Shown here: one piece after another, positions 17,695 through 27,558 of the stretch
Numbering within the stretch: the first letter of the stretch is position 1
Layout: each line of letters begins with the position of its first letter
Virus record (IMG/VR): IMGVR_UViG_3300045988_124424
Span: 1 to 64,000 of that record
Strand: one strand, 5' to 3'
Length of the DNA stretch: 64,000 bases
Source of the DNA: a virus
Position numbers and translations under genes: made by a program
Notes under the pieces: generated by a model
The model's input: only the letters and a program-made list of their open reading frames with translations
Told to the model about the DNA's origin: nothing
Database searches by the model: none

Positions 17695-18047
17695 TATTAA
17701 CCCAATATAATTCTATTATAAAAGTTTAATACATCTCTTTCAGAGATCGGGTTATTAGCCTAAGCCTTGAAACGAAGGCTACGTTATTTGAGAATAGATA
17801 GTTACCAAGGAATGTTTATCCAAGTTTCTTGCTCTAAGGATGGTGATTAAACAGGAGTAGTGTATTTGACGAAACAGTGTTGCCATTATATAAAACCTCT
17901 TATAACATTGGCGATGGGTACTTACAGGAGAAATCATGACTTATCCCTAACGGGATTTACATCTACCAAGGAGACCGAAAGGTCTCCGAGGGGATGTATT
18001 AAAACATACGAATAGCTTTAAATATATTTAATAGAATATGGGATATG
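17678..18047 (+). repeat. Intergenic structured repeat R-A, the longest copy.
   Basis: Homologous to 27730-27939 (direct orientation) and to 47133-47335 (inverted). Contains hairpins ATCTCT-TTC-AGAGAT, GCCTT-GAAACG-AAGGC and GGAGACC-GAAA-GGTCTCC. Carries a 134-bp block, flanked by TACCAAGGA direct repeats, that is absent from R-B. Confidence 0.85.
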
Positions 18048-18218
18048 AGAAAAAAATATAAGGTTACGATAGAAGCTGACGATGAAGTTATTTTCATTGC
18101 CAACATAAAAAGAGGAGATAGCGAGAGATTGATTGATTTTGAGAGAGCGGCCGCAGATATTGATGAGGCTGTAACTGTGTTGTATTATGTTAAAGAGGAA
18201 TTAATTGAGAAATTGAGA
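18039..18218 (+). CDS. Hypothetical small protein (59 aa, MGYEKKYKV...).
   Basis: The ORF starts inside the conserved end of R-A. It is below the ORF-track cutoff. Confidence 0.35.
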
Positions 18219-19531
18219 TGATAGAAGAAAAGATTAAAATATTAACAGATTTAGGGTTTGTCCCTATGGTGGAAGGAGTAGAAAATACGTTGTTTAGAAT
18301 GAACGATGTTGTGATGTCGGTGTCAGATCCTAATCAAACACCGGAGCAATTGAGAAAGGAAGTTATGTCTTTAATAAAAAACAAAGATATAGCAGAAAGA
18401 GGCGGACGGGTTCCAGTAGTTAAAGAGCCTGAGCCAGAGCAGGCCCAGGGAGAAGAACCGGAAGCTCCGGCAGAGGAAGCAGATCCTAACCCTGGAGAGG
18501 AAGATTCGAATCCGTTTACAGAAAATCAAGAAACGTTAGAGCCGTTTTATATCTGCGATGAGTTGAAGAAGATTGAGACTCCCAAATTCGTAAGATTGAC
18601 ATTAGACGATAATCGTTTTTATGTAAGGAAGATGGATGATGGAACGGCCAAGATATATGCTTCGGTAACAACTTTAATCAAAGATGGGTATGTAGATGAT
18701 AAGACCGCACTTCAGGAATGGAAGCAAGAGATGAAGATGCTTGGTCGCAATCCGGAAGAGGTGGCACAGTATGAAGCCGACAGGGGAACGATCATGCACT
18801 ATCTGTACGGATTGTACCTAACAGGTAGAGATATGGTCTTAAATCGAAGCTTTGTAGTTAAGACAGTGCAAGAAGGCAAGCTGAAAATATCTAAGAAAAA
18901 TCTTGATCGGTTTTTTAACAGTATTGATGATCTTGATGATATGATTGTCAGAATTATGAAGTTTGCCAAATTTTGTTCAGAGTATAAGGTTAAGCCGATG
19001 ATGATTGAAAGAATATTGTCATTAGAAGACTATTTAGTAGCTACGCCGATAGATGCGATGGTTAAAATGACATTCAAATACAAAGAAGAAGGTTATTTTG
19101 GAGCCGTGTATCAAAGGGCTACAGGGCAGTTTAAAAAAGGTGATCCGAAGAAGGAGGTAAGAGACGTGGAGAAGGAAGAAGTGGTTATTCTCGACTTTAA
19201 ATCAGGGGGAATATGGGAATCATACGCATTTCAATTAGAAGCTGAAAGAAGAATGGTTAAAGCATGGTATGGGATTGATGCACGTATTATGAACTTTTCT
19301 CCAAAAAGCACGAGCAGCAAAGGATATACGTTGAAAGAATGGACAGAAGACAGTATAGCACTTGAAAAGGCGGACTGCGTGTTCCAACAAGGTATGTTGA
19401 ATCACCTTAGAAAAGATAAGAAGTTCAAAGTGAGAAAAGGAGTGCTGAATATCAATAAGCCGTACAATGAAGAGGATCATACGGTCGTGTATGATATTGC
19501 AGAGGAAATGTCTAAAAGATTCATAATATGA
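18218..19531 (+). CDS. Protein with a C-terminal PD-(D/E)XK (RecB / lambda-exo / YqaJ-like) nuclease domain (437 aa).
   Basis: Motifs SVTTLIKDGY, ATPIDAMVK, VVILDFKSGG (DxK) and FQLEAERRM (QxxxY). A Pro/Glu-rich linker lies in the N-terminal third. Confidence 0.55.
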   Translation: MIEEKIKILTDLGFVPMVEGVENTLFRMNDVVMSVSDPNQTPEQLRKEVMSLIKNKDIAERGGRVPVVKEPEPEQAQGEEPEAPAEEADPNPGEEDSNPFTENQETLEPFYICDELKKIETPKFVRLTLDDNRFYVRKMDDGTAKIYASVTTLIKDGYVDDKTALQEWKQEMKMLGRNPEEVAQYEADRGTIMHYLYGLYLTGRDMVLNRSFVVKTVQEGKLKISKKNLDRFFNSIDDLDDMIVRIMKFAKFCSEYKVKPMMIERILSLEDYLVATPIDAMVKMTFKYKEEGYFGAVYQRATGQFKKGDPKKEVRDVEKEEVVILDFKSGGIWESYAFQLEAERRMVKAWYGIDARIMNFSPKSTSSKGYTLKEWTEDSIALEKADCVFQQGMLNHLRKDKKFKVRKGVLNINKPYNEEDHTVVYDIAEEMSKRFII

Positions 19532-19629
19532 ACGATATTGTTATTCCTGAAGGAGATTATATAGAATAAGAAATATGGCAAGACCATCGAAATAATAATG
19601 CCTATATTGGTCAGAAATACAAGAAGAGT

Positions 19630-19980
19630 ATGAAAAGAAAAATTAGAAGAACAGGAGAGATAATAGACGTAATCACTTTCAGTAGCTCAACTACAAGAAG
19701 CGACCATGACAGAATACAGTTCTATGGTGATAATGGGAATGTGATAAGTGAGAGTTTAAATTTTTATCTCGATACCCTTCCTGTAAATGACGAAAACAAA
19801 GATGTAGACTGGGAGCAACGTAGATTCGATCTTATTAAGGCTTATTCTATTGAGTTTGTTAAAGCACAAAATAGAAAAGGTGAAATAGATTGCGGAGTAT
19901 ATGTACCAGATGTGGTGTCATGGTCTATAACTATAGCAGATAGAATCATAGAGGCGATGAGAGGAGTTAAAAATGCTTGA
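19630..19980 (+). CDS. Hypothetical protein (116 aa).
   Basis: ORF. Confidence 0.5.
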   Translation: MKRKIRRTGEIIDVITFSSSTTRSDHDRIQFYGDNGNVISESLNFYLDTLPVNDENKDVDWEQRRFDLIKAYSIEFVKAQNRKGEIDCGVYVPDVVSWSITIADRIIEAMRGVKNA

Positions 19981-20986
19981 TTTTAGAAAATACGAAAACG
20001 TACCCCGGTTTCAACTTGACCGCAGACCCGGCAGGAGCCGGCTGAAGCTAACCTGCCCGGCCTGCGGGAAAAGCCGGTGCCTCACCCCTTATATTGATGT
20101 GGCAACAGGTCAGGTTGTTGGAAACGAGTTCGGAAGATGCGATCATGAACGGACTTGCGGTTACGATAAACGACCTACCGGCAAGGATGTAGGTGACAAA
20201 GATCTTTGGATTTCGGGAAACAAGTGTATAAGAGCTTATCGTCCTCCTGTAAATCCTGACGTTGTAAATTACATACCTTTTAGCGAGTTTGAGAGGACTG
20301 TGGTTCCAGACGATAGAAACACCGTATTTAGATTTTTATCGTCTCTATGGGGAAAAGAAAGGGTATCTGATGTGTTCAGAAGGTATCATGTCGGAACAAT
20401 GGACTTATGGGGATGGAAAGGGTGTTGTATATTCTGGCAGATAGACAAAGATTTTGTATGCAGAACCGGCAAGATCATGGACTTTTGTATAAAGACCGAC
20501 AGCCAGGGGAATGAGATTGATGTAAAAAGAGTGAAGGAAAAAGACGGTGACAATGAGCGGCCTCATGTTATGTTTTATCACTCGTTGCATGCAAGAGACT
20601 TCTTGTTTAGACAATGCCTGTTTGGAGAACATCTTCTAAGCCAGTATCCGGATAAGGTGGTTAATTTGGTGGAATCAGAAAAGACGGCTATTATATGCGC
20701 TGTGAATAAACCAGATGAGTTATTTGTAGCTACCGGTGGGTTGCAGAATCTAAGGCCGGAAGTGATAGATGTTTTAAAAGATAGAAAGACTGTAGCTTTT
20801 CCGGACAAAGGACAAGCATTTGAGACATGGAGTAAAAAGATAGATGGGATGATGATGAAGTCAAGGATAAAAGTATCGGACTATCTTCAAAATGTTGAAA
20901 ATGTAGGAGACGGAGATGATGTGGCAGATTTGATAATTAGTAACAAGATAAAAGAAAAATATCATGAGCCTGGATGTTTATATTAA
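19973..20986 (+). CDS. Putative DNA primase-like protein with an N-terminal zinc-binding motif (337 aa).
   Basis: CPACGKSRC...GRCDHERTCGY Cys/His cluster. A TOPRIM-like acidic segment VNLVESEKTAII...VATGG. The gene lies upstream of a DnaB-like helicase. Confidence 0.4.
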   Translation: MLDFRKYENVPRFQLDRRPGRSRLKLTCPACGKSRCLTPYIDVATGQVVGNEFGRCDHERTCGYDKRPTGKDVGDKDLWISGNKCIRAYRPPVNPDVVNYIPFSEFERTVVPDDRNTVFRFLSSLWGKERVSDVFRRYHVGTMDLWGWKGCCIFWQIDKDFVCRTGKIMDFCIKTDSQGNEIDVKRVKEKDGDNERPHVMFYHSLHARDFLFRQCLFGEHLLSQYPDKVVNLVESEKTAIICAVNKPDELFVATGGLQNLRPEVIDVLKDRKTVAFPDKGQAFETWSKKIDGMMMKSRIKVSDYLQNVENVGDGDDVADLIISNKIKEKYHEPGCLY

Positions 20987-21317
20987 GAACAAGAAGAAAG
21001 AAGAGGATCGTGAATGGGTTGCAAACATCACCCACAACATGAACAAGATGGCACAAAGAATATTCGTATCGGAAAATAAAGAAACGCTGTACGATTATGT
21101 TTGGAGACCAGAAGAATTGTATAAAGAAATATATACCAATGAGATGAAGAATGTACTTACAAAAGGTATATGTATTATGATCTCTAAGAGAAAAAGTCTT
21201 TTGAGATACGAGCCGGAAAACGGATGGGGGTCTTATGATTCATTTCTTAAGTTTCTTATCAAATACAAAGAGGCGTGTGAAGATCATCCGGGTTATATAA
21301 TTGAAGCAAGTAGATAA
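20964..21317 (+). CDS. Hypothetical protein (117 aa).
   Basis: ORF. Confidence 0.5.
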   Translation: MSLDVYIKNKKKEEDREWVANITHNMNKMAQRIFVSENKETLYDYVWRPEELYKEIYTNEMKNVLTKGICIMISKRKSLLRYEPENGWGSYDSFLKFLIKYKEACEDHPGYIIEASR

Positions 21318-21579
21318 CAACATGGAAAATTATAAAAATACTTTAAATGAGGTAGTGGTGATCGAATCGTCACCAGAAACGTATTTTGTTTACGCTATTC
21401 GTAATGCTATTCGTATCTCTAAATGTGCGTATCCGACAGCTAAGAAAGTAATTTTCAAAAGAGAGGACGTAGAGGTAGAGATCTCAGAAATGGAAACTGA
21501 AAGCAGTTTGTATGAAAAGTTTAAAGAAAAACAAAAGAATAGGGTATGGAACTTAATGAGCGCCAACAACGGGTTTTAA
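21301..21579 (+). CDS. Hypothetical protein (92 aa).
   Basis: ORF. Confidence 0.45.
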   Translation: MKQVDNNMENYKNTLNEVVVIESSPETYFVYAIRNAIRISKCAYPTAKKVIFKREDVEVEISEMETESSLYEKFKEKQKNRVWNLMSANNGF

Positions 21580-22112
21580 GAGGCGAAATTTGTCCTTATT
21601 GCGGAAGAGAAACTGAGCTGGTAAATGCCGATAAAATATATAGCAGAAAAGGCTTAGGGATGGTTATGATGTGCAAACCATGCAACGCTTATGTCGGTGT
21701 TCATGAATCAGGGCCGAATAAGGGAAAAGCTAAAGGCCGGCTTGCGGGGCCATCACTGAGGTCTCTTAAGATAAGAGTCCATGCCGAACTTGACAGATTA
21801 TGGTCTACGCCGGAGGAACGGGAAAGGATGTATAAAGATTTATCTGAATTTCTATCTATACCGGAAGAGTACACACATATAGGTATGTTTGGCGAGAAGA
21901 CGATGGGAAAAGTCTTTCAGTTCTGTCATGTAAACAAAGAACGATCAGGTTCGAGAATAGAATGGCATAAGCCTGGAGATAAGTGCCCTAATAAGAACAA
22001 TCAAATAGTGTCAGGAAGTAGCGCATGTAGAGGATGTCCTGAGTATCTCCATGATGAGAAAGATGGGTATGTCTGGTGTGATCCTGATATGAGCTACGGC
22101 AGGTTGAAATAG
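21546..22112 (+). CDS. Zinc-ribbon protein (188 aa), a possible DNA-binding regulator.
   Basis: CPYCGRE...CKPCNAY and C-terminal CRGCPEY motifs. Confidence 0.5.
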   Translation: MELNERQQRVLRGEICPYCGRETELVNADKIYSRKGLGMVMMCKPCNAYVGVHESGPNKGKAKGRLAGPSLRSLKIRVHAELDRLWSTPEERERMYKDLSEFLSIPEEYTHIGMFGEKTMGKVFQFCHVNKERSGSRIEWHKPGDKCPNKNNQIVSGSSACRGCPEYLHDEKDGYVWCDPDMSYGRLK

Positions 22113-22164
22113 GGCGCGAATTGCCTATCTTTGTGCTATTATTAATCAAAAAAAATATAAGCAC

Positions 22165-22443
22165 ATGGGCAGATCAACAGAGTACTACAGGACTCATCCA
22201 GAAGCTAGGAAGAAAAAGGCTAAAAAGGACAAGGAGATAAATGCCAGACCGGAACAGAAAGCCAAACGCCGGGAGCTTGGTCGTAAAAACTACGAAACGG
22301 ACAAGAAGAAGGGCAAGGGCTGGAGGAAAGGCAAGGATTGTTCTCATACCAAGAACGGTCTTAGGTATAAATCAGTAAAAGCTAATAGGGGATCCAAGTC
22401 GGATACGAAAGGTGACAAAAATGCAAGAGGAGATAGCAAATAG
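22165..22443 (+). CDS. Highly basic Lys/Arg-rich protein (92 aa), probably nucleic-acid binding.
   Basis: About 35 percent K+R. Overlaps the start of the helicase gene. Confidence 0.5.
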   Translation: MGRSTEYYRTHPEARKKKAKKDKEINARPEQKAKRRELGRKNYETDKKKGKGWRKGKDCSHTKNGLRYKSVKANRGSKSDTKGDKNARGDSK

Positions 22444-23545
22444 GATAGATATAAGAAGGATATTCAAGACCTCTAAACAAGTTATGGAAGAGGCGTATGA
22501 GAATATCTTGAAATACAGGCGGGGAGAGCTTATCCCCGCTAAAACCGGATACGATTATATTGATGAGGCTTTGCTTGGAGGTATTTTTCCTCAGCACGCT
22601 ATTGCCATAGGAGCCCGGCCATCTGTAGGTAAATCGTATGTGGCCCAAAAGATATTGGAAAATGTGATGAATCCGATGATCAACCCGCAAGCAGAAGATT
22701 ATTTTCTTGTTAATTGCGAGTTCGAAATGAATCCTCAAGATCTTCTTCTTCGTAGAATGAGCCAGGATATGAAAAAGCGAGCTCCTGAAATATTAAGAAG
22801 GCAAGATTCTAATACAGTAGAAGAGATGAGGATGTTTGAAATCCTTCAAGGTGAAATCAGGAATAATATAATATACATCGATGCTCCGTGTACGGTAAAA
22901 GAGTTTGAGGCGGCTGTGTATCATATAGCTACCAAACATAAAGACAAACGTCTTATAATATTTAAAGTCGATCATATTGCTTTAATAAAAAGAATGGGAT
23001 TAGATCCTAAGTCGGCTATAGATGATTTGGTGGCGGTTATGAATGAGGCTAAATTAGTATATAAAAACATATTTTTCCTCATCATATCCCAATTCAACAG
23101 AGAGATAGAAGGAAGGATAAAAAGCCCACAAGAGCAGCCTCCGCGTCTTTCTGATTTTTACCAATCTGATACGCTGGGTCAGTTATGTACGTTAATGATA
23201 GGTTTGCACAATCCTCGTAGGTACGGACTGGATAAGTATATGATATTTGGGAAAGACTGGTATCAGACCCTTGATAGGTTTAAAACTGAAAACAAAACAT
23301 CATTCAGGACAGCCGGGCTGGTGTTTCATCATATATTGAAGGTAAGGCAGGTTAGTATGGAAGAGCTTACTAACACAATCCACCCAGAGATTCTGCCGGG
23401 GCATGGATGGATGTACGGGGAGGGCGGGACGAAGTTCGTGAACCCTAACCAGCCGCCGACGCCGCCCAAGCTCTATACTGTGGAAGACGTTACGAACAAT
23501 CAAGATCAAGAACAAGAGACAAAGGAAGAACAGTCAGTATATTAA
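22412..23545 (+). CDS. DnaB-like replicative helicase (RecA-fold ATPase domain, 377 aa).
   Basis: Walker A GARPSVGKS. A IIFKVDHIALI Walker B-like strand. Replication-gene context. Confidence 0.6.
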   Translation: MTKMQEEIANRIDIRRIFKTSKQVMEEAYENILKYRRGELIPAKTGYDYIDEALLGGIFPQHAIAIGARPSVGKSYVAQKILENVMNPMINPQAEDYFLVNCEFEMNPQDLLLRRMSQDMKKRAPEILRRQDSNTVEEMRMFEILQGEIRNNIIYIDAPCTVKEFEAAVYHIATKHKDKRLIIFKVDHIALIKRMGLDPKSAIDDLVAVMNEAKLVYKNIFFLIISQFNREIEGRIKSPQEQPPRLSDFYQSDTLGQLCTLMIGLHNPRRYGLDKYMIFGKDWYQTLDRFKTENKTSFRTAGLVFHHILKVRQVSMEELTNTIHPEILPGHGWMYGEGGTKFVNPNQPPTPPKLYTVEDVTNNQDQEQETKEEQSVY

Positions 23546-23558
23546 AAAAAAGAAACGT

Positions 23559-24161
23559 ATGAGACTTACTGTAGAAGAAAACGAATACCTGATAAGTAAG
23601 TTCCTTTTGGTTCTTACCGAATTTGCAGGGGATGAAAGAGAGATGTTTTTAATCAACTCCATACACGACAAGGCGGTGGCGGATATGAATTATCGTCTTC
23701 CGTCTTTAATAAGCAGAGAACGTAAAAGACGAGTCATTGAGCTCCTTAAAGAAGGGACCAGAATAATCAAGGACTTTTCCGGCTATGCAGGTGATATGGG
23801 TATGATTAACGAATACGATCGTCTAAAGAAAGAAATAGGAACCGTCCAAGATCAGCTTGGCGACGTAGAAGGTCAACTTCGGGCAGCCGGCGAAGTAATC
23901 AAGAAAGAGCTTGATATGATTGCTGACCGAATCAAAGAAGATCTTCTCGACCGAGAGCTGGCTAAAAGTAATGCCGAGGCTGAAAGAAAAGCCAAAGTGG
24001 ATCTGAGATACGAAGTAGCTTTAGGTGACTACAAGGAGATGCTGGAAGTGATTTTTACAACCAGAAACAAGTATTCTACGGTAGATTCTGTACATGATGA
24101 TCTTCGTCAGTCGGTATCTACCGGTAGAAATTCGATTATCAAAGAAGGATACAATAGTTAA
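23559..24161 (+). CDS. Hypothetical coiled-coil protein (200 aa).
   Basis: ORF. Confidence 0.55.
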   Translation: MRLTVEENEYLISKFLLVLTEFAGDEREMFLINSIHDKAVADMNYRLPSLISRERKRRVIELLKEGTRIIKDFSGYAGDMGMINEYDRLKKEIGTVQDQLGDVEGQLRAAGEVIKKELDMIADRIKEDLLDRELAKSNAEAERKAKVDLRYEVALGDYKEMLEVIFTTRNKYSTVDSVHDDLRQSVSTGRNSIIKEGYNS

Positions 24162-24176
24162 AAAAAAGGAGGAAAT

Positions 24177-24386
24177 ATGGAAAAGAAGGAATTTAAAGTA
24201 GGAGAAGTGTTTGATGCCGGACTTGTAAGATTAAAATGTGTGGATGCTCCAGAGCCAGACTTAGGATGTGAAGGATGTATATTTAATGACCACATTACAT
24301 GCGGGTCGGTAGATGTAGTCGCAGGCCCGTGTAATCACGTAGAGAGGGAGGATGGTAAGGATGTTATTTTTATTAAAGCTGATTAG
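24177..24386 (+). CDS. Hypothetical small Cys-containing protein (69 aa).
   Basis: SD AAGGAGG 6 nt upstream. Confidence 0.5.
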   Translation: MEKKEFKVGEVFDAGLVRLKCVDAPEPDLGCEGCIFNDHITCGSVDVVAGPCNHVEREDGKDVIFIKAD

Positions 24387-24388
24387 GC

Positions 24389-25102
24389 ATGTACATCAAT
24401 TTCAGACAACTTGCAGCATCAGACATGACTCCTAATGATCTGGCTAATCTTCTTGCTATAAGACAGAAGGATACGGTTATGATCGAAGCCATGCTGGAAA
24501 AAGATGCTGGGAGGTATATAGAGCTTGGCCTGGTTGAGAAATTAAAATCAGGCGTGATGAGATTGACCAACAAAGGAACGTCTTTTGTGAATTATATAGA
24601 GACACCGGAAATAACGGACGAGGTCCTGGAAACGTTGAAGATTATGATAGGAATGTACGAATCATATTCAAAAGACATAGGTGTCAGCAGAAAAGAAGCG
24701 GAATCCAGATTGTGTTGGTTTATGGGTAACACCTCATTCAAGAAAGAGGTCATACTTCAGGTAACGGAATCTTATATAGCAGAGTCAGGAGATTATACAA
24801 TGAGCTTATGTAACTTCATATGGAAACCGCCTTCTCAGGCTTTTTCAGTTCATATGAGCCTTAAAAATTCAAAGCTCTTTGACTTAATAGCTGAAAAATT
24901 TAAGATCGCTACCGAGCCTTATTTGGAGTCTAAGAAGAATAAGGAAATGGATTGGTTGTTTGCCGTATCTAAATTGCCTACGCCGCCGGCTAAAGGCAAT
25001 CCGGATTATTTGTTTACCGGAAGTTCTGAAACAGACAAAGAGCGATTGAAAAACATAAAAACGTATTTGTTTAACAAAATTAGAAAGCAATGGAAAAAGT
25101 AA
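24389..25102 (+). CDS. Hypothetical protein (237 aa).
   Basis: ORF. Confidence 0.6.
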   Translation: MYINFRQLAASDMTPNDLANLLAIRQKDTVMIEAMLEKDAGRYIELGLVEKLKSGVMRLTNKGTSFVNYIETPEITDEVLETLKIMIGMYESYSKDIGVSRKEAESRLCWFMGNTSFKKEVILQVTESYIAESGDYTMSLCNFIWKPPSQAFSVHMSLKNSKLFDLIAEKFKIATEPYLESKKNKEMDWLFAVSKLPTPPAKGNPDYLFTGSSETDKERLKNIKTYLFNKIRKQWKK

Positions 25103-25341
25103 GAATCAGAAAGATAATAGAGGATATAATTATTACTCAGTTTCTTAATTCGGAAATAGATATAGTTCATGAAGAAGATGTGACGTTTAAAGAACTTGGA
25201 TTAGATTCTGTTGATCAAATTGAACTGGAAGTGATGGTGGAACAAAAATTCAATATTGTTATTATTGATTATGATATGGAGACCATCAAAGATATGACTG
25301 ATCTTGTTTACAAAATAATAACAGAAGGGTATGGGAAGTGA
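25090..25341 (+). CDS. Hypothetical acidic protein (83 aa).
   Basis: ORF. Confidence 0.45.
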   Translation: MEKVRIRKIIEDIIITQFLNSEIDIVHEEDVTFKELGLDSVDQIELEVMVEQKFNIVIIDYDMETIKDMTDLVYKIITEGYGK

Positions 25342-25825
25342 CATAATTTTATGCATGGCTTTAATAGCGTCATTTGCTTTTGTTATACAGTTTTTGTTGT
25401 CGATATTAGGATCTGATCTGGATACGGATATTGACATTGATAGCGCTTCTGATTTAAGCATGTCTTTGTCGGACATCATATCATTCAAAGGCATAACACA
25501 TTTTATTCTTGGATATAGCTGGACTACGTACTTTTCGGGTTCCCATTTAGTAGGGATCGTAATAGGGTCATTTTTCTTTATCGTTTTGTTTTACGTATAT
25601 AAGTTACTTCTTAAGTTAAAACAAGAAATGGTGTACGAATGTCCGGAAGATTTAAATGGCAGAGAGGCGGAGATAGTATTTAGATCAGGTAAGAATCATT
25701 ATATGGTAAATATTTCGAAAAATGGAAGACAGGAACAGATGAGAGTGAGGTGCTTGTCTGGAAAAAATTACAAAAACGGTGACAAGGTGAATATAAAATA
25801 CGAAGAAGGAGAATTAAGTATCTAA
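25331..25825 (+). CDS. NfeD-like membrane protein (N-terminal TM helices plus a C-terminal beta/OB-like domain).
   Basis: Hydrophobic N-terminal half and a soluble C-terminal beta-rich tail. It sits immediately upstream of an SPFH gene, the classical NfeD-SPFH pairing. Confidence 0.5.
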   Translation: MGSDIILCMALIASFAFVIQFLLSILGSDLDTDIDIDSASDLSMSLSDIISFKGITHFILGYSWTTYFSGSHLVGIVIGSFFFIVLFYVYKLLLKLKQEMVYECPEDLNGREAEIVFRSGKNHYMVNISKNGRQEQMRVRCLSGKNYKNGDKVNIKYEEGELSI

Positions 25826-25857
25826 TTTTTTTTATCAACAATTAAATTTTAAAAGTT

Positions 25858-27558
25858 ATGACAACAATCATGTACGTGTCAGCTATTTTAGCTGTAGTGA
25901 TTATTTTGACAATCATCGGAGTCTTATCAAGGTATCGTAGATGTAAGCCTAATCAAGTCTTGGTCGTTTATGGTAAGACAGGTGGGGAAAAGAAATCGGC
26001 GAAATTATATCATGGTGGAGCGGCATTCGTCTTGCCTATTATTCAAAGCTATGATATTTTGTCTATGGAGCCTATGCAAATAGATTGTAGGCTCACCGGT
26101 GCTTTGTCGTCTCAAAATATCAGAGTGGATGTACCTACTACTATTACAGTAGCAATCAGCACAAATCCTGAAATTATGCAGAATGCAGCAGAAAGGCTTT
26201 TGGGGATGGATACTGAATCTACTGAAAATCTTATTACGGATATTGTTTATGGCCAAATGCGTTTGATCATTGCTGAAATGACGATTGAAAAACTTAATTC
26301 TGACAGGGATGAGTTTTTGGATAAGGCAAGAAAAAACATTGATAACGAACTTAATAAGTTAGGCCTTTACCTCCTAAATATCAACATCAGTGACATCAGA
26401 GACGAAGCCGGCTATATCATGAATCTTGGCAAAGAAGCTGAAAGTAAGGCCCTGAACGAAGCACAGGCTAATATCGAAGAACAGGAAAAGCTGGGTGCTA
26501 TTAAGATTGCTGTACAGCAAAAGGAAAAAGAAACGGCTGTAGCTAATACCCAAAAAGAGCAAGAGATTCAAATTGCCTATACTGAAAAAGAAAAGGAAAC
26601 GGTAGTAGCTGAAACAAAGAAAGAAAAAGAAGTAGCTTTGGCTTTAACCGATAAAGAAAAACAGATCGGTGTAGCTCAAGCCGATAGAGATAGGGCTGCG
26701 GTTATTGCAAAGACTTTGGCTGATAAGGAATCAGCGATCGCAAAATCTAAGGCAGAACTTGAAGTAAATAAAGCCGAGGCTGAAAGGATGGAAGAAGTCG
26801 GAAAGAACAAGGCTGAAGCTGACAAGGAAGCAGCTATAGCAATACAAAACTCTGAAGCTCAGATTAAGAAGGCTGAGGCTGAGAAAAATGCTTCTGTGGG
26901 CTACAACAATGCCCAGAAAGAGGTTGCTGTATCAGAATCAGAATTGCAGGTTATCAAAGCTCAATCAGAAAAGAAAGCCGGAGAAGAGAAAGTTAAATCG
27001 GAAGCGGCTGTGAAAACGGCAAAAGAGCTTGCTGATAAAGAAGTGGAAGAAGCTAAAGCTAAGAAGGTTCAAGCTGCGCTTAAAGCTGAAAAGATTGTGC
27101 CGGCTGAAATTCAGAAGCAGGAGGCTATGTTGCAAGCTGATGCTGAAGCTGAGAAGATCAAACGCCGGGCTGATGCCGAAGCAGCAGCACATTTGGCAAA
27201 AGCTGAGGCAGAGGCAAAAGCTATTCAGATGAAGCTGGAGGCAGAAGCCGAAGGTAAGAAAAAGTCGTTAATGGCAGAAGCCGACGGATTTAAGGCTATG
27301 GTGGAAGCAGCAGAATCCAATCCTCAGATCGCCATCCAGTACAAGATGGTTAATCAGTGGAAAGAAATTGCTGGAGAACAGGTTAAAGCATTTGAGCACA
27401 TTAATCTCGGAAATATCACGGTATTTGACGGCGGTCAGAACAGTACCGGTAATTTCCTTAACAATGTTGTCAAGACCGTCGCTCCGGCATTGGGAGTCAT
27501 TGATCAGCTTCCGATTGCAGATACTTTAAAGAAATTAAAAGGAGATGACAAAAAATAA
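25858..27558 (+). CDS. SPFH / band-7 / flotillin-like protein with a long Glu/Ala/Lys coiled-coil C-terminus (566 aa).
   Basis: N-terminal TM helix, an SPFH-like core (VLVVYGKTGG...FVLPIIQSYDILSMEP) and an EA-rich repeat region typical of flotillin/YqiK-like proteins. Confidence 0.65.
   Translation: MTTIMYVSAILAVVIILTIIGVLSRYRRCKPNQVLVVYGKTGGEKKSAKLYHGGAAFVLPIIQSYDILSMEPMQIDCRLTGALSSQNIRVDVPTTITVAISTNPEIMQNAAERLLGMDTESTENLITDIVYGQMRLIIAEMTIEKLNSDRDEFLDKARKNIDNELNKLGLYLLNINISDIRDEAGYIMNLGKEAESKALNEAQANIEEQEKLGAIKIAVQQKEKETAVANTQKEQEIQIAYTEKEKETVVAETKKEKEVALALTDKEKQIGVAQADRDRAAVIAKTLADKESAIAKSKAELEVNKAEAERMEEVGKNKAEADKEAAIAIQNSEAQIKKAEAEKNASVGYNNAQKEVAVSESELQVIKAQSEKKAGEEKVKSEAAVKTAKELADKEVEEAKAKKVQAALKAEKIVPAEIQKQEAMLQADAEAEKIKRRADAEAAAHLAKAEAEAKAIQMKLEAEAEGKKKSLMAEADGFKAMVEAAESNPQIAIQYKMVNQWKEIAGEQVKAFEHINLGNITVFDGGQNSTGNFLNNVVKTVAPALGVIDQLPIADTLKKLKGDDKK

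Noticed and set aside
17870-17900. Sigma70-type promoter TTGACG-N17-TATAAA inside the repeat
   Set aside because: In copy R-C the same sequence falls inside the first codons of gene 46815-47156, so a transcript from it would start within that coding region. It is probably coincidental in AT-rich DNA.
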